Source: Dehalococcoidia bacterium (GTDB taxonomy: Bacteria > Chloroflexota > Dehalococcoidia > Plut-88900). From it: 64,000 bases of DNA. Under the pieces are notes generated by a model. It was not told the origin of the DNA. It saw only the letters and a program-made list of their open reading frames with translations, and searched no databases. Position 1 is the first letter of the stretch, and every line of letters begins with the position of its first letter. The stretch spans positions 576,001-640,000 of the forward strand of contig CBDFLQ010000005.1 in assembly GCA_965249275.1 (NCBI GenBank), in the 5' to 3' direction. Of this stretch, positions 20,533 to 31,059 are shown in pieces. Made by a program: the position numbers and the translations under genes.

Positions 20533-20658
20533 TCTCTAGCTATCAACGGGGTGGCGTCTGACTGCCTTGAAAGCCTCACATCATCCTTACGCCCAACACG
20601 CCCATGCCACAGGGCAACCTTAAGGCTCAAAGGGGTACGGGACTAGGTAAAGTGGGAA

Positions 20659-20735
20659 TGGCGACCCCGACCGGATTCGAACCGGCGATCTCCACCGTGA
20701 CAGGGTGGCATGTTAGTCCGCTACACCACGGGGCC
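20659..20735 (-). tRNA. tRNA-Asp(GTC)
   Basis: Reverse complement ggccccgtggtgtagcgg...ctGTCac...gttcgaatcc...gcca. Confidence 0.97.
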
Positions 20736-20937
20736 AAAACCGCTCAAAAGGAACAAACGGGTGTTTATTATATCGCAGGGTAGGAGGTGGTGGCTAGCCG
20801 CATTGACAACGCAGCTTCCCCGTGCCTAGAATCGGGCGCGTTTCACGGCAGGGCCGCACGCTCGGGTGTCGGAGATGGTAAACAACCGACTCGGGATGGT
20901 GCAGGTGATTTTTAAGCGTAAACGAGGAGGAGAAGCT

Positions 20938-22059
20938 ATGGGCAAGAACGGTTACAAGGTAATGGATTCCGACCTGCATGTATTGGAGCCGGCAGACCTT
21001 TACACTACCTACATGGACCCCAAGTGGGGAGACCGGATTCCCAGGGGCGAGCGGCCCCGCCCGTACGGAGGTGTGTACTACACTACAGCTCAGGGCGAGC
21101 GAATCCGGCGGACGCAGAACACCAACACTCCGGACCTTGATGCCAGGGTTGCCGACAGATTCAAGATAGGCAGCGACAGGGACTTTGACTCCGTGTCCCA
21201 GCTCCAGGCAATGGAGATGGAAGGTATCGACGTGGCAGTCATGTTCCGCACACTGCCCCTCCACACCGACGATGCCCACGAGCCTGAATACGCCAACGAC
21301 CTGAACAAGGCCTGGAACGACTGGATCACCGACTTCTGCAATGAGGACCCGGCCAGAATGAAGGCCGCCGGTCTTATCACACTCCACGACGCAACCCTGG
21401 CGGCACAGGAGATGCGAAGAATCAAGAATGATCTTGGACACGTGGCGTCCTGCCTAACACCTGAGCCGGTGCTCGGGCGGCAACTGCCGGAGCCCTATTT
21501 CGACCCCATATGGGAGGAGGCGCAGGACCTCGATCTTCCCGTCACATTCCATCCCAGCTTCTCCCCCAACCAGGTCCACTGGTCCAACCGGTTCGCGACT
21601 CTCGACAAACTGACGTGGCTAGGGGAGACATTCGACCAGCCGATGGAAGATATGCTGGCGACCATCTACATGACCGCCGGAGGCATCCTGGACCGCTTTC
21701 CCAAGATGACCGTCGCCATACTGGAAGGCAACTGCAGCTGGCTGCCCTGGCTTCTCTACCGGCTTGATGAACGGTATGAGTTGTATGAGGGGTTGGACGG
21801 CGTCATCAACCTTTCGGAGAAACCCAGCGACTTGTTCAGGAGGCAGTGCTTCATCTCCGTAGACGTGGATGAATACATGGTCACCGACGTAATCAGATAC
21901 TATGGAGATGAGCACCTGGTGTTCACCACCGACTACCCCCACTCTGACTGCAAGTTCCCCCATGCCACAGACACTTTCATGGAAATGGAAGGCGTCAGTG
22001 ATGAGTCCCGCAAGAAGATTCTGTGGGACAATTGCGCTCGGCTTTACAGCCTGAACTAG
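20938..22059 (+). CDS. Amidohydrolase_2 family protein
   Basis: DSDLHVLEP, YFDPIW, LEGNCSWLP, TDYPHSD; close paralog of 41459..42568. Confidence 0.9.
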   Translation: MGKNGYKVMDSDLHVLEPADLYTTYMDPKWGDRIPRGERPRPYGGVYYTTAQGERIRRTQNTNTPDLDARVADRFKIGSDRDFDSVSQLQAMEMEGIDVAVMFRTLPLHTDDAHEPEYANDLNKAWNDWITDFCNEDPARMKAAGLITLHDATLAAQEMRRIKNDLGHVASCLTPEPVLGRQLPEPYFDPIWEEAQDLDLPVTFHPSFSPNQVHWSNRFATLDKLTWLGETFDQPMEDMLATIYMTAGGILDRFPKMTVAILEGNCSWLPWLLYRLDERYELYEGLDGVINLSEKPSDLFRRQCFISVDVDEYMVTDVIRYYGDEHLVFTTDYPHSDCKFPHATDTFMEMEGVSDESRKKILWDNCARLYSLN

Positions 22060-22077
22060 GGGAAATACCGAAGATCA

Positions 22078-22112
22078 AAAACGGCTGGTGCGCTTAGCGC
22101 ACCAGCCGTTTT
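22078..22112. terminator. Bidirectional intrinsic terminator
   Basis: aaaacggctggtgcgc-tta-gcgcaccagccgtttt between convergent genes. Confidence 0.85.
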
Positions 22113-22135
22113 ACTTTATCTGTGGGGGGCCGGCG

Positions 22136-23056
22136 TCAGCTACCGTAAACCGGAGTGCACCAAGCGCCGTACTTTTCATTCTTGCCCCGGATGATGTCCA
22201 CGTAGGTGTCGGCAAGCTGCCGGGTCACGGGGCCCACCTTTCCGTCACCTATGGACCGATGGTCTATCTCGATGACGGGCGTGATGTGGGCTGCGGTGCC
22301 TGTCAGGAACACTTCGGAGGCGGAATAGAGTTCGCTCCGGTCTACCTGGCGTTCCCAGGAAGGCATCCCCATCTCCTTCTCAGCGATCTCCATGACGGTG
22401 CTTCTGGTAATGCCAAGAAGTACGCTATCGGCGGGGGATGGAGTGACCAAGGTCCCGTTATCCACTACGAACAGGTTCTCACCGCTGCCCTCGCAGACGT
22501 GCCCGTCCTGGGTGAGCATGATGCCCTCGTCGAAACCGTTGAGCATGGCCTCGGTCTTAGCCATAGCGCTGTTGACGTAGATGCCGGTGACCTTGGCTCG
22601 GGGGGGAATCATGGTGTCCAGGGGCCTGCGCCAGCTGGAAATGCAGCAACGGATGCCCTCGTCCCCGCTGAAGTAGGGCCCGAAGGGGGCGACGAAGATG
22701 AAGAAGTCGTTCTCCACGTCATGGGACCGGACCCCCAGCACCTCCCCGCTTTGGTAGACCATGGGCCGGACGTATATGTCCTCCTCGAACCCGCACATCT
22801 CGACAAGCTTCAGGGTGATGTCAAAGAGCTCGTCTACGGAGTAGGCCAATGTCATATTGAGTATGCGGGCACTCTTGTGAAGCCGCTCAAAGTGCTCTTT
22901 GACACGGAAGAGGTAGATCTGCCGGTCTTCCTGGTTCCAGTTGCCGCGAATGCCTTCGAAGACGGCGGTGCCGTAGTTGAGGGCGTGGGTCATGATTCCG
23001 ACCTTGGCCTCGGCCAGCGGTACGAAGTCTCCTTTGAAAAAGGCGAAGGGCGGCAT
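22136..23056 (-). CDS. ilvE: Branched-chain amino acid aminotransferase
   Basis: HALNYGTAVFEGIR, AKVTGIYVNS, EGSGENLF, LLGITR, FLTGTAA. Confidence 0.93.
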   Translation of the reverse strand: MPPFAFFKGDFVPLAEAKVGIMTHALNYGTAVFEGIRGNWNQEDRQIYLFRVKEHFERLHKSARILNMTLAYSVDELFDITLKLVEMCGFEEDIYVRPMVYQSGEVLGVRSHDVENDFFIFVAPFGPYFSGDEGIRCCISSWRRPLDTMIPPRAKVTGIYVNSAMAKTEAMLNGFDEGIMLTQDGHVCEGSGENLFVVDNGTLVTPSPADSVLLGITRSTVMEIAEKEMGMPSWERQVDRSELYSASEVFLTGTAAHITPVIEIDHRSIGDGKVGPVTRQLADTYVDIIRGKNEKYGAWCTPVYGS

Positions 23057-23146
23057 TTAGAACTCCTCCTTAGTGGTCACGATGGTCCCTAGAAAAGCGA
23101 TTGTAATAATAATCACTTTCTGAATGAAAGACAAAGGCGGGAACCA

Positions 23147-23446
23147 TTATCCGTAGGCCACAGCCGAATGTGTTTCTTTATCACGATTCCGAGCAAGCGC
23201 CAAACGGTAACTGGATTCGAGGTTGGACCAGAAATGGGCGTCGATGCCCAGTGCCTTCTCCAGTCCGATTGCAGTCTCCGGGGTAATCGACTTTTTGGCT
23301 TTGATAATCTCGTTTATCACTTGGGGCGGCCTTTGCATCCTTGCTGCGAGTTCCTTTTGACTCATCCCGCGTGCTTGCAACTCTTCCTCCAGTATTTCAC
23401 CTGGAGGAATCGGCATGTCTGAAAAGACGCTCTGGTAATTGCTCAA
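23147..23446 (-). CDS. higA: HigA family antitoxin/HTH protein (orphan)
   Basis: IPPGEILEEEL..RGMSQKELA.RM...INEII..K..ITPETA..LE..LG....FW.NL. Confidence 0.8.
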   Translation of the reverse strand: MSNYQSVFSDMPIPPGEILEEELQARGMSQKELAARMQRPPQVINEIIKAKKSITPETAIGLEKALGIDAHFWSNLESSYRLALARNRDKETHSAVAYG

Positions 23447-23448
23447 CC

Positions 23449-24816
23449 CTACGCGGTTCCGTTGCCGGGATGGTTAGGGAGTTCACGGGTGTAGCGCTCT
23501 GCCATGTCTATGCCCAGTTTCTTGAGCAGCTTCTTATCCTTGGCCTTGTCCTCCGCCTCGTGGGCACGGAGGAGGGTGTCACCGCCGAAGGTGTTGACCA
23601 TTCTTCCGGCCATTGTTGCGACTTCGGGTGGTGATTCGCCGTTCTTTACCATCCGCACGCGTTTCCTGAGCCCCTTCCGGTACATGGTTACCCCCCGGTC
23701 TTCGGCTCCCAGGTGCTCCATTGCATGCACGGCGATGGACCTTTGGCTGATCATGGCCTCGAAGTCACCCGGGCCTCGCTGCATGTCATCGTACTCACGG
23801 CCTCCGCGGTTGGCACGCTGGGCCAGTGAGAACCGTCTTTCGGGGGGCACCTTTGCTCCGTCGGGCACCAGGTAGAAGTCGATCTCCACGCAGTTGTAGT
23901 CGTCCACGGGAACAGTCCACAACAGGGTGGTGGGGAGATCGTGGAACTCCTGTTCATCAGGGCCCCACTCGTAGGGAAGCGTAGGCGGGGCGCCCAGGCA
24001 TCCCAAGTTGGGCCACAGGAACTCGATGTTACGCACCCATACAGTGTCGGGGCTCACGCGGCGGACATCCATAGTGATGATGCCGGTGGGACTTTCCACG
24101 AAGGCGAGCTCTCCGTTGATGGCCAGCTCCTCTATGGGGGCGCCGCTCTTGTCCACGAACTGTATGCCCGAAATGGTGGCGTGGAGGAACTCCTCGTGGA
24201 CGGGGTCCAGCAGGTTGTCCATAACCTGGAGCCAGTTACAGGGCTTCAGGTTGGGAATAATCCCATCCTCGGTAGGTTTGAGGTGGACACCGGGCTCGAG
24301 GTGATAACCGGGGGAACTGAATATATCGAAGTTGGGGAACTCAGGAGTCTCGTCCGGGGGGCCCATGTAGGCGAATACCAGACCGCCGTACTCGATGGCC
24401 GGGTAGGCCCCGTGGCAAAGGCGGTCCTTCAGGGTACTGGTCTCGGGCTCACCGGGGGTTTCGAGTATCCTTCCGTCTATGTCGTAGAGCCATCCGTGAT
24501 AGCAGCATCGGATGCCTCGCTGCTCGACCTTACCGTATTCCAGTGAAGTACCGCGATGAGAGCAGTGGGATTCCACGATGCCGACCCGTCCATCCCCATC
24601 ACGAAAGGCGACTAGTTCTTCGTCGAACCTCGTGATCGGCACCGGCAGGTCGGTTATCTGCTCACTCAGGAGGAGGGGCTGCCAGAACCGGCGGAGGTAC
24701 TCGCCCATCGGGGTGCCGGGCCCTACGCGGGTAAGCTCGGCATCGTCATCCGGCACCTCCCTGTGCAGGTACCCGCTGTACGGTTTCGTTATAAACGGCG
24801 CTTTTTTCGGTGGCAT
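23449..24816 (-). CDS. Rieske aromatic ring-hydroxylating oxygenase (phthalate 4,5-dioxygenase-like)
   Basis: LTRVGPGTPMGEYLRRFW, CSHRG...CCYHGW Rieske ligands, NW....N..D..H...LH iron site, EHL...D. Confidence 0.88.
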   Translation of the reverse strand: MPPKKAPFITKPYSGYLHREVPDDDAELTRVGPGTPMGEYLRRFWQPLLLSEQITDLPVPITRFDEELVAFRDGDGRVGIVESHCSHRGTSLEYGKVEQRGIRCCYHGWLYDIDGRILETPGEPETSTLKDRLCHGAYPAIEYGGLVFAYMGPPDETPEFPNFDIFSSPGYHLEPGVHLKPTEDGIIPNLKPCNWLQVMDNLLDPVHEEFLHATISGIQFVDKSGAPIEELAINGELAFVESPTGIITMDVRRVSPDTVWVRNIEFLWPNLGCLGAPPTLPYEWGPDEQEFHDLPTTLLWTVPVDDYNCVEIDFYLVPDGAKVPPERRFSLAQRANRGGREYDDMQRGPGDFEAMISQRSIAVHAMEHLGAEDRGVTMYRKGLRKRVRMVKNGESPPEVATMAGRMVNTFGGDTLLRAHEAEDKAKDKKLLKKLGIDMAERYTRELPNHPGNGTA

Positions 24817-24935
24817 AACGTCTTCCTCCCGATCTTTCTCCAATCGTAACGAACCCACCCTAACCCACGGCTCCTATCTTACATTCCCCTATCCCATCGT
24901 CAACCTCGCGCACAGGCGCAGGGTGTCGTTCCCGG

Positions 24936-25547
24936 TCAGGAGATTTGGCATTGCGCCGATAGATGTGCCTTGTGGAGTGGAGTGTGGATCGGGCCGCTGG
25001 GGGTGAGTATGCTAGACATGAGTACGATATCCCGGACTTCGAAGGCCAGAGTGTCTTTTGCCTGATCGTTGAGGATGGCCTCGGGGAGGGGGATGAACCC
25101 ATTGCCTCGGGCGCGGCCGAGAGTAATGTGGGGTTTGAAGGCACGTTGTTCTCGTGGGAAAGCGTCGGCCTCCAGGGTGTCCTGTAAGCGGCGATGGGTG
25201 AGAGCCAGGGATTGCGTGTCGCCTTCCAGACCAAGCCAGATGACTCGGGGTCGGCGGGGGCTGGGGAATGCGCCCAACAGGCCTGTTCTCAGGCGGAGGG
25301 GCGGGGAGTTGGCAGCTACGGCATCGACTATTCGGGAGAGGGATGGGAGGCGGTCATTGGGCACGTTGCCGAGGAATGCGAGAGTCAGGTGGCAGGTTTG
25401 AGGGTCGACCCATTTAATGCCTCGGGGCACGAGGCCCTTCAATCGCTCGACGTGGGATGCAATGAGGTCTTTCACCTTATCGGGTATCTCTATGGCGATG
25501 AAAGTGCGCGTCGCGGCGGGGCGTGGGTCTTTAGGGGTGCGGGTCAC
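24936..25547 (-). CDS. thpR: RNA 2',3'-cyclic phosphodiesterase
   Basis: RTFIAI, HLTL.FLG, PRVIWLG, FKPHITLGR (two HxT motifs). Confidence 0.9.
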   Translation of the reverse strand: MTRTPKDPRPAATRTFIAIEIPDKVKDLIASHVERLKGLVPRGIKWVDPQTCHLTLAFLGNVPNDRLPSLSRIVDAVAANSPPLRLRTGLLGAFPSPRRPRVIWLGLEGDTQSLALTHRRLQDTLEADAFPREQRAFKPHITLGRARGNGFIPLPEAILNDQAKDTLAFEVRDIVLMSSILTPSGPIHTPLHKAHLSAQCQIS

Positions 25548-26088
25548 CGGTCTGCTCCCGTACCTGTTGGAGGAATTCTTTGACGCCCCGGAACCAGTGG
25601 AGGATGTCGTCCTTCTGGTAGTGGGCGTTGCGTCGGCTGGTGGAAGGAAGGACGTAGATTTGGGTTCGACCGATTAGTTCGGGGCGGGGGCCTGGGGCGG
25701 CGCCCGGTCCGAAGCAATGGGCGTAAGCTGTTATTCCGTTGAAACAGGCTACCAGGGGTTGGAAGCGCTCTAATTTCTCGATCAGGATGGAGGCGCCGAC
25801 AGCGAACTCGGAGCGGGGAAGGTCAGAAGCGGCGTTGGATGGACGCTTGGCGACGTCGGTAAAGCCTATGCCTCGGTAGAGGAGAGATGCGTCCATGTCG
25901 GGGGTTGCGGGTCCTTCTACCAGGCCTGATTCGCTAAGTGCCCACCAGAAGAGATTGCCGGGGCGGGCGTAGTAGTGGCCCTTGGCCGCGGAGTAGCTGC
26001 CGGGGTTGATGCCTACGAAAACGAGGTCGAGTCCCGGGCGGAGGAGGTCGGGGAGGGTGTTCAGCCGGATATCGTCGTTAGGACTAAT
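25531..26088 (-). CDS. mug: G/U mismatch-specific DNA glycosylase; start uncertain (non-canonical)
   Basis: Frame extends above the listed ATG (25896) through TLPDLLRPGLDLVFVGINPG..S...GHYYA.PGN.FW; also GFTD..KR and LPSTS. Confidence 0.85.
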   Translation of the reverse strand: MSPNDDIRLNTLPDLLRPGLDLVFVGINPGSYSAAKGHYYARPGNLFWWALSESGLVEGPATPDMDASLLYRGIGFTDVAKRPSNAASDLPRSEFAVGASILIEKLERFQPLVACFNGITAYAHCFGPGAAPGPRPELIGRTQIYVLPSTSRRNAHYQKDDILHWFRGVKEFLQQVREQTGDPHP

Positions 26089-26142
26089 GATGATGAGCCA
26101 CCTTAATTAAACGGTGTTTTAGAATTAGATTAGGGGAATAGA

Positions 26143-26664
26143 ATGATGAAACGAGCACTTGCACTAGTGGTCTTTATATCTGCACTGGCCATAATGCTCT
26201 CATGCGATAGTAGCGCTCGGGAACCCGTTGTCGGGCCGGAAGAGGAGCGAATAAAGTCGGAGCTAAGCGGCCGTTCATTTCGTCAGTTCGAGCCCTCCAA
26301 GGACGCCAGCCCCAGAAAGGGTGTAATTCTAGAGTTTTTCAACGGAATTCGTCTCTGGGCACAGTACGCCGAAGACGGGGACACCAAATACGAATGGGAG
26401 ATTTACTCGACAGATTATCGCATTGAGAGCAGGGGCGAAGGCTCGGAACTTGAGGTCTTATTCGTCAATCCAAAGTCGATGCAGGGGATTCCCGCCGAGT
26501 GCGAGAGCTGCATTGAAACGTCGGGTCTGTCCATCTCCATCAGGGACATTTTCGACAGCGAAAGGATATCATTCAAGGTGAATGACCCCGAGGGCGATCT
26601 TCCTCTTCCGTTTCCCGTTTTCGGTGGGTGGACGAAGTTTGAGGAAGACGAGTATTTCGAATAA
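26143..26664 (+). CDS. Hypothetical lipoprotein
   Basis: Signal peptide with lipobox MLSC; CESC motif; no family recognised. Confidence 0.65.
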   Translation: MMKRALALVVFISALAIMLSCDSSAREPVVGPEEERIKSELSGRSFRQFEPSKDASPRKGVILEFFNGIRLWAQYAEDGDTKYEWEIYSTDYRIESRGEGSELEVLFVNPKSMQGIPAECESCIETSGLSISIRDIFDSERISFKVNDPEGDLPLPFPVFGGWTKFEEDEYFE

Positions 26665-26670
26665 GCTGTC

Positions 26671-27510
26671 CTAGAGACCTAGGAGCTTGCGGGCGTTGCC
26701 GCCGAGGACGGCGGCCTTGGTCGCGGCGTCCAGGGACTGGGTTTCAACTTGAGCCAATAGCCTTTTGTGGGAGATAAGAGGGTAGTCGGTGCCGAAGAGG
26801 ACCTTGTCAAGGCCGACGAGGTTGACGGCGTTAGAGAAGACGTCTGGAGTGTAGAGGAAGGGTGAAGCGGCGGAGTCGAAGTAGACGTTGCGCATGGACT
26901 CGGAGATCTCTGGCATGAGGGCATAGAAGGGGAGGCCTCCGCCCCAGTGGGCACAGACGATCTTGGCCTCGGGGAACATTTCGATGAAACGGCAGAGTTC
27001 GTCCGGGGTGACAGTGCCCTTGCCTGCGTAGGCGTGGCCCACGGGCTCCGAGGAGTGGGTAAGGACGATTAGGTCTCGGGCAATGGCGATTTCCATAGTG
27101 GGGGCCATGACTCGTTCGTCGTCTAGCCGGTAGCCTTGGGAGTAGGAGTGAAGCTCGCCGATGCCTCGGGCCCCAAGGTCCGCGCACCTTTCTATCTCTG
27201 CGACCGCAATCTCGCCGAGGGCAGGGTTGACGGTGCAAAAGGGGACTAGGCGGTCTGGGAAAGCCTTGGCGGACTCAAGGATGTAGTCGTTGGCCTCTAT
27301 CGCGAAGTCGTGGACCTGCCAGCCCATGCCGAGGGTCACGGCGACGTCTATGCCGTCCCGGTCCATTTTCTCGACGAGTTCCTCTGCGGAACTGAGTCGG
27401 GCTTTGGGGTCGGAGTAGAGGTGAGAGAAAGTGGCGTCGCGTTCGAGGTATGTGGTTCGGTCGTCACGGACGCTGCCGGGGAAGATGTGGGCGTGGAAGT
27501 CGATGATCAT
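26671..27510 (-). CDS. Amidohydrolase family protein
   Basis: MIIDFHAHIF, GIGEL, AHWGGG, LFGTDYP. Confidence 0.88.
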   Translation of the reverse strand: MIIDFHAHIFPGSVRDDRTTYLERDATFSHLYSDPKARLSSAEELVEKMDRDGIDVAVTLGMGWQVHDFAIEANDYILESAKAFPDRLVPFCTVNPALGEIAVAEIERCADLGARGIGELHSYSQGYRLDDERVMAPTMEIAIARDLIVLTHSSEPVGHAYAGKGTVTPDELCRFIEMFPEAKIVCAHWGGGLPFYALMPEISESMRNVYFDSAASPFLYTPDVFSNAVNLVGLDKVLFGTDYPLISHKRLLAQVETQSLDAATKAAVLGGNARKLLGL

Positions 27511-27623
27511 GTGGTGATTGTAATGCCCTTTCGTGTCGTTGGCACCCCGACCGCTAAGAATAATAACTGGGAATATTGCAATTCGTATTGAATCCCCCTG
27601 CCAGTGGGCTGATAATGTGCTCA

Positions 27624-28646
27624 ATGAGTGAGAAAACACATAGCGTCACCCTTATTGAAGGGGACGGGATCGGGCCGGAGGTGGCGGCGGCGGCGGTGCG
27701 GGTGCTGGAGGCGGCTGGGGCGTGTATTGGATGGGACAGGCAGGAGATCGGGGTGGCGGCGAGGGAGCAGTACGGTGTACTTCTTCCGGGCAAGGCCCTG
27801 GCGTCCGTGCAGAAAAACGGCGTGGCCCTTAAGGGTCCTGTCACCACCCCCAGCGCCGAGGGCTACCCGAGCCTCAATGTTACGCTGAGGAAGAGCCTGG
27901 ACCTCTATGCCTGCCTGAGGCCGGTTAAGAGCCTGCCCGGTGCACGAAGCCTGTATGAGGATGTCGATCTGGTGGTAGTACGAGAGAATACAGAGGACCT
28001 TTACGCGGGCGTGGAACACGAAGTTGTACCCGGTGTTGTCCAGAGCGTAAAGGTCATTACAAGAGCAGCGTCGACCCGCATAGCCCGATTTGCATTCGAA
28101 TACGCCGAGGCCCACGGCCGTAAGCTGGTGACCGCGGTACACAAGGCGAACATAATGAAGCTCTCCGATGGACTTTTCCTGGACTGCTGCCGGGGGGTGG
28201 CCAAGGAGTTCCCGCAAATCGAATACACGGAGATGATCGTGGATGCGGCCTGCCAGCACTTGGTGCTAAAACCGGGGCGGTTCGACGTGCTGGTGATGGA
28301 GAACCTGTACGGGGATATTATCTCGGACCTGGCGGCGGGACTGGTCGGGGGGCTGGGCTTGGTGCCGGGGGCGAACCTAGGGGAGAATTGTGCGGTGTTC
28401 GAGGCGACACACGGTAGCTGGCCGGAAGGCGCGGGCAAGGGACTAGCCAACCCAACCGCATTTATACTGACCTCGGCCATGATGATGAGACACTTGGGCG
28501 AAGATGTGATCGCCGAGCGGATCGAGAGCGCCATCCAGGACACCTACCTGGACGGCGGCTGTCTCACACCCGACCAAGGCGGCTCGGCGTCGACGACCGA
28601 ATTCACCGATCAGGTCATACGCTGCCTCTCCGGCGTGCCCGCCTAA
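27624..28646 (+). CDS. Isocitrate/isopropylmalate dehydrogenase family (NAD-IDH-like)
   Basis: [53 protein letters not shown]. Confidence 0.9.
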   Translation: MSEKTHSVTLIEGDGIGPEVAAAAVRVLEAAGACIGWDRQEIGVAAREQYGVLLPGKALASVQKNGVALKGPVTTPSAEGYPSLNVTLRKSLDLYACLRPVKSLPGARSLYEDVDLVVVRENTEDLYAGVEHEVVPGVVQSVKVITRAASTRIARFAFEYAEAHGRKLVTAVHKANIMKLSDGLFLDCCRGVAKEFPQIEYTEMIVDAACQHLVLKPGRFDVLVMENLYGDIISDLAAGLVGGLGLVPGANLGENCAVFEATHGSWPEGAGKGLANPTAFILTSAMMMRHLGEDVIAERIESAIQDTYLDGGCLTPDQGGSASTTEFTDQVIRCLSGVPA

Positions 28647-28656
28647 CGCAACCCCC

Positions 28657-29490
28657 ATGCTTACCAAGCGCATAATCCCATGCCTGGACGTAGACCGGGG
28701 GCGAGTCGTCAAGGGTGTCAGCTTCGTTAATCTCCGAGATGCTGGGGACCCGGCGGAGATGGCGGCCTTCTATGATGCCGAGGGCGCCGACGAACTGGTC
28801 TTCCTGGACATCACGGCAAGCTCCGACGAGCGGAACATCATGATCGAAGTCGTGAACAGAGTGTCGGAGCAGGTGTTCATACCTCTGACCGTGGGTGGCG
28901 GCATCAGGACGACGGAGGACATGCGCCGCATCTTGGACGCTGGAGCCGACAAGACGGCGGTCAACACGGCGGGAGTGTTGGACCCAACGATCATTGAGGA
29001 GGGCGCACGGGCATTCGGGAGCCAGTGCATAGTGGCGGCGATTGACGCAAAGCGGGTAGACGGAGCCCGCTCTGAACGGGAAACCGACCTGGCCCTGGGA
29101 CCCGGGTCCCGGTGGGAGGTGTACACCCACGGAGGGAGGCGGCCCACGGGTATCGACGCCTTGAAGTGGGCGGCCAGAGTTGCGGAGCTGGGCGCAGGCG
29201 AGTTGCTGGTAACCAGTATGGACGCCGACGGCCAGCAGACGGGCTACGATCTGGAGCTGAACCGGCTTATTTCGGAGTCGGTGCCGGTGCCTCTGATAGC
29301 CAGTGGAGGAGCGGGCAATTTGGCCCATCTGCACGACGCCTTGGTAGACGGCAAGGCGGACGCGGCGCTGGCAGCCAGTATCTTCCACTATGGGACCTAT
29401 ACCATAGCCCAGGCAAAAGAGTACTTGACGGTGCGAGGAGTGCCCAGCAGACCTGCTGTGCAGGAGGAATCAGTGGATGATCAAGCTTGA
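28657..29490 (+). CDS. hisF: Imidazole glycerol phosphate synthase cyclase subunit
   Basis: [43 protein letters not shown]. Confidence 0.97.
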   Translation: MLTKRIIPCLDVDRGRVVKGVSFVNLRDAGDPAEMAAFYDAEGADELVFLDITASSDERNIMIEVVNRVSEQVFIPLTVGGGIRTTEDMRRILDAGADKTAVNTAGVLDPTIIEEGARAFGSQCIVAAIDAKRVDGARSERETDLALGPGSRWEVYTHGGRRPTGIDALKWAARVAELGAGELLVTSMDADGQQTGYDLELNRLISESVPVPLIASGGAGNLAHLHDALVDGKADAALAASIFHYGTYTIAQAKEYLTVRGVPSRPAVQEESVDDQA

Positions 29491-30088
29491 TGACAAGGGG
29501 CTGGTGCCCGCGATAGTGCAGGACGCCGACACGGGGCGAGTGCTGACCCTTGCCTACATGAATCAAGAGTCGCTGGAGAGGACTCGGGCATCTGGGCAGG
29601 TGTGGTTTTACAGCCGGAGCCGCCAGGAGCTATGGCACAAGGGCGAGACTTCGGGGAACTATCTGAACGTGCGGAGCATCAGTGTTGACTGCGACGGCGA
29701 CGCTCTACTCATCGCGGCGGAGCCCACGGGCCCGGCCTGCCACACAGGCGAGACGAGCTGCTTCTTTGAAGGGCTTCCAGACGAGACTCCCGAGTTCGAT
29801 CAGCCGCCGGGAGATATGCTGGCCGAACTCTTTCAGCTGATCGAGCAGAGGAAGCGGGACAAACCCAAGGGCAGCTACGTTTCCAAACTCCTTAAGAAGG
29901 GGCCCCGCAAGATCGGCAAGAAGGTGGTTGAGGAGGCTGGAGAGGCGGTCATTGCCGCCCTGGACGAAGGGCGCGAGCGTACGGTAAGCGAGGTAGCCGA
30001 CCTTTGGTTCCACACCCTGGTCCTGCTGGCCTCCGTAGACGCGACCCCAGAACAGGTCTTTGAAGAGTTACGAAGAAGGCAGAAGTAG
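29477..30088 (+). CDS. hisIE: Bifunctional PR-AMP cyclohydrolase/PR-ATP pyrophosphatase
   Basis: [40 protein letters not shown]. Confidence 0.96.
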   Translation: MIKLDDKGLVPAIVQDADTGRVLTLAYMNQESLERTRASGQVWFYSRSRQELWHKGETSGNYLNVRSISVDCDGDALLIAAEPTGPACHTGETSCFFEGLPDETPEFDQPPGDMLAELFQLIEQRKRDKPKGSYVSKLLKKGPRKIGKKVVEEAGEAVIAALDEGRERTVSEVADLWFHTLVLLASVDATPEQVFEELRRRQK

Positions 30089-30106
30089 GCCCTTCCAACA
30101 GATTGC

Positions 30107-30151
30107 ATGATAAAGCCGCCCCGAGCACGACGCTCGGGGCGGCTTTATCAT
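30107..30151. terminator. Intrinsic terminator with a 20-bp perfect stem
   Basis: atgataaagccgccccgagc-acgac-gctcggggcggctttatcat. Confidence 0.8.
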
Positions 30152-30198
30152 AATGGGGTAAAAGGTTCGAGGCTTGTCATAAAAGTGAGGAGGCTACG

Positions 30199-31059
30199 AT
30201 GGCAGAGAGTGGTGGGAACAACTGGGGCAGATGGGGTCCTGAAGACCAGCTGGGGGCCCTGAACCTGCTAACTCAGGAAAGGATGCTTAAGGCCTTCCAA
30301 CTGGTCAAAAGGGCCGATATATACAGCCTCGCAGTGCCGCTAGAGCGGGACGGGCCCCAGCTCCCGGATTTCCACAAGACCTGGAAGACTCACCACTTCT
30401 GGCACATGGAGAACCCAGAGATCAGCTTTGTGGATGACATGGTTGCTATGGAGGTCCATTCCGGGACGCACATCGACGCCCTGGGACATGTGTGGGCCGA
30501 GGCCGAGATGTACAACGGCCACCCGGAAAGCGAGATTACAAGCCGGGGGGTCGGGAAGAATGGGATAGAGAATGTGCGGCACATGGTGGGGCGCGGCATC
30601 ATGCTGGACCTGCCGGCCTACATGGGTATCGAGCACATCGGGCCGGAGTACACGGTCACTGGTGAGGACCTGGACGGCGCCGCCAAGGCCCAGGACGTGA
30701 GCATCGAGTCGGGGGATATCGTGCTGGTGCGCACGGGCTGGTACGCGTTGTTTGAGAAGGATAGGGCAATGTGGGAGTCCCAATTCCCGGGGCCGGACGG
30801 CAGTTTGAAGCCGTGGCTCATTGAACGGGACATCTGCGCCCTGGGGGCGGACCATCCGACGGTTGAGGCGAAGCCTCCCACATATAGCTCTGCGCCTCTA
30901 CACAGGTACGCGCTACGGGACCTGGGTATCTACCTTATGGAGAGCCTGGACCTCGAAGAGCTAGCGCGGGACCGCGTTTATGAGTTCCTGTTCATCGGGG
31001 CGCCCTTGCGGATGACGGGAGCGTCGGGGTCGCCTTGGAACCCGCTGGCGATTGTGTGA
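30199..31059 (+). CDS. Cyclase family (kynurenine formamidase-like) protein
   Basis: NWGRWG..DQLG.LN, HSGTHIDALGH, GDIVLVRTGW, GASGSP.NP. Confidence 0.88.
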   Translation: MAESGGNNWGRWGPEDQLGALNLLTQERMLKAFQLVKRADIYSLAVPLERDGPQLPDFHKTWKTHHFWHMENPEISFVDDMVAMEVHSGTHIDALGHVWAEAEMYNGHPESEITSRGVGKNGIENVRHMVGRGIMLDLPAYMGIEHIGPEYTVTGEDLDGAAKAQDVSIESGDIVLVRTGWYALFEKDRAMWESQFPGPDGSLKPWLIERDICALGADHPTVEAKPPTYSSAPLHRYALRDLGIYLMESLDLEELARDRVYEFLFIGAPLRMTGASGSPWNPLAIV

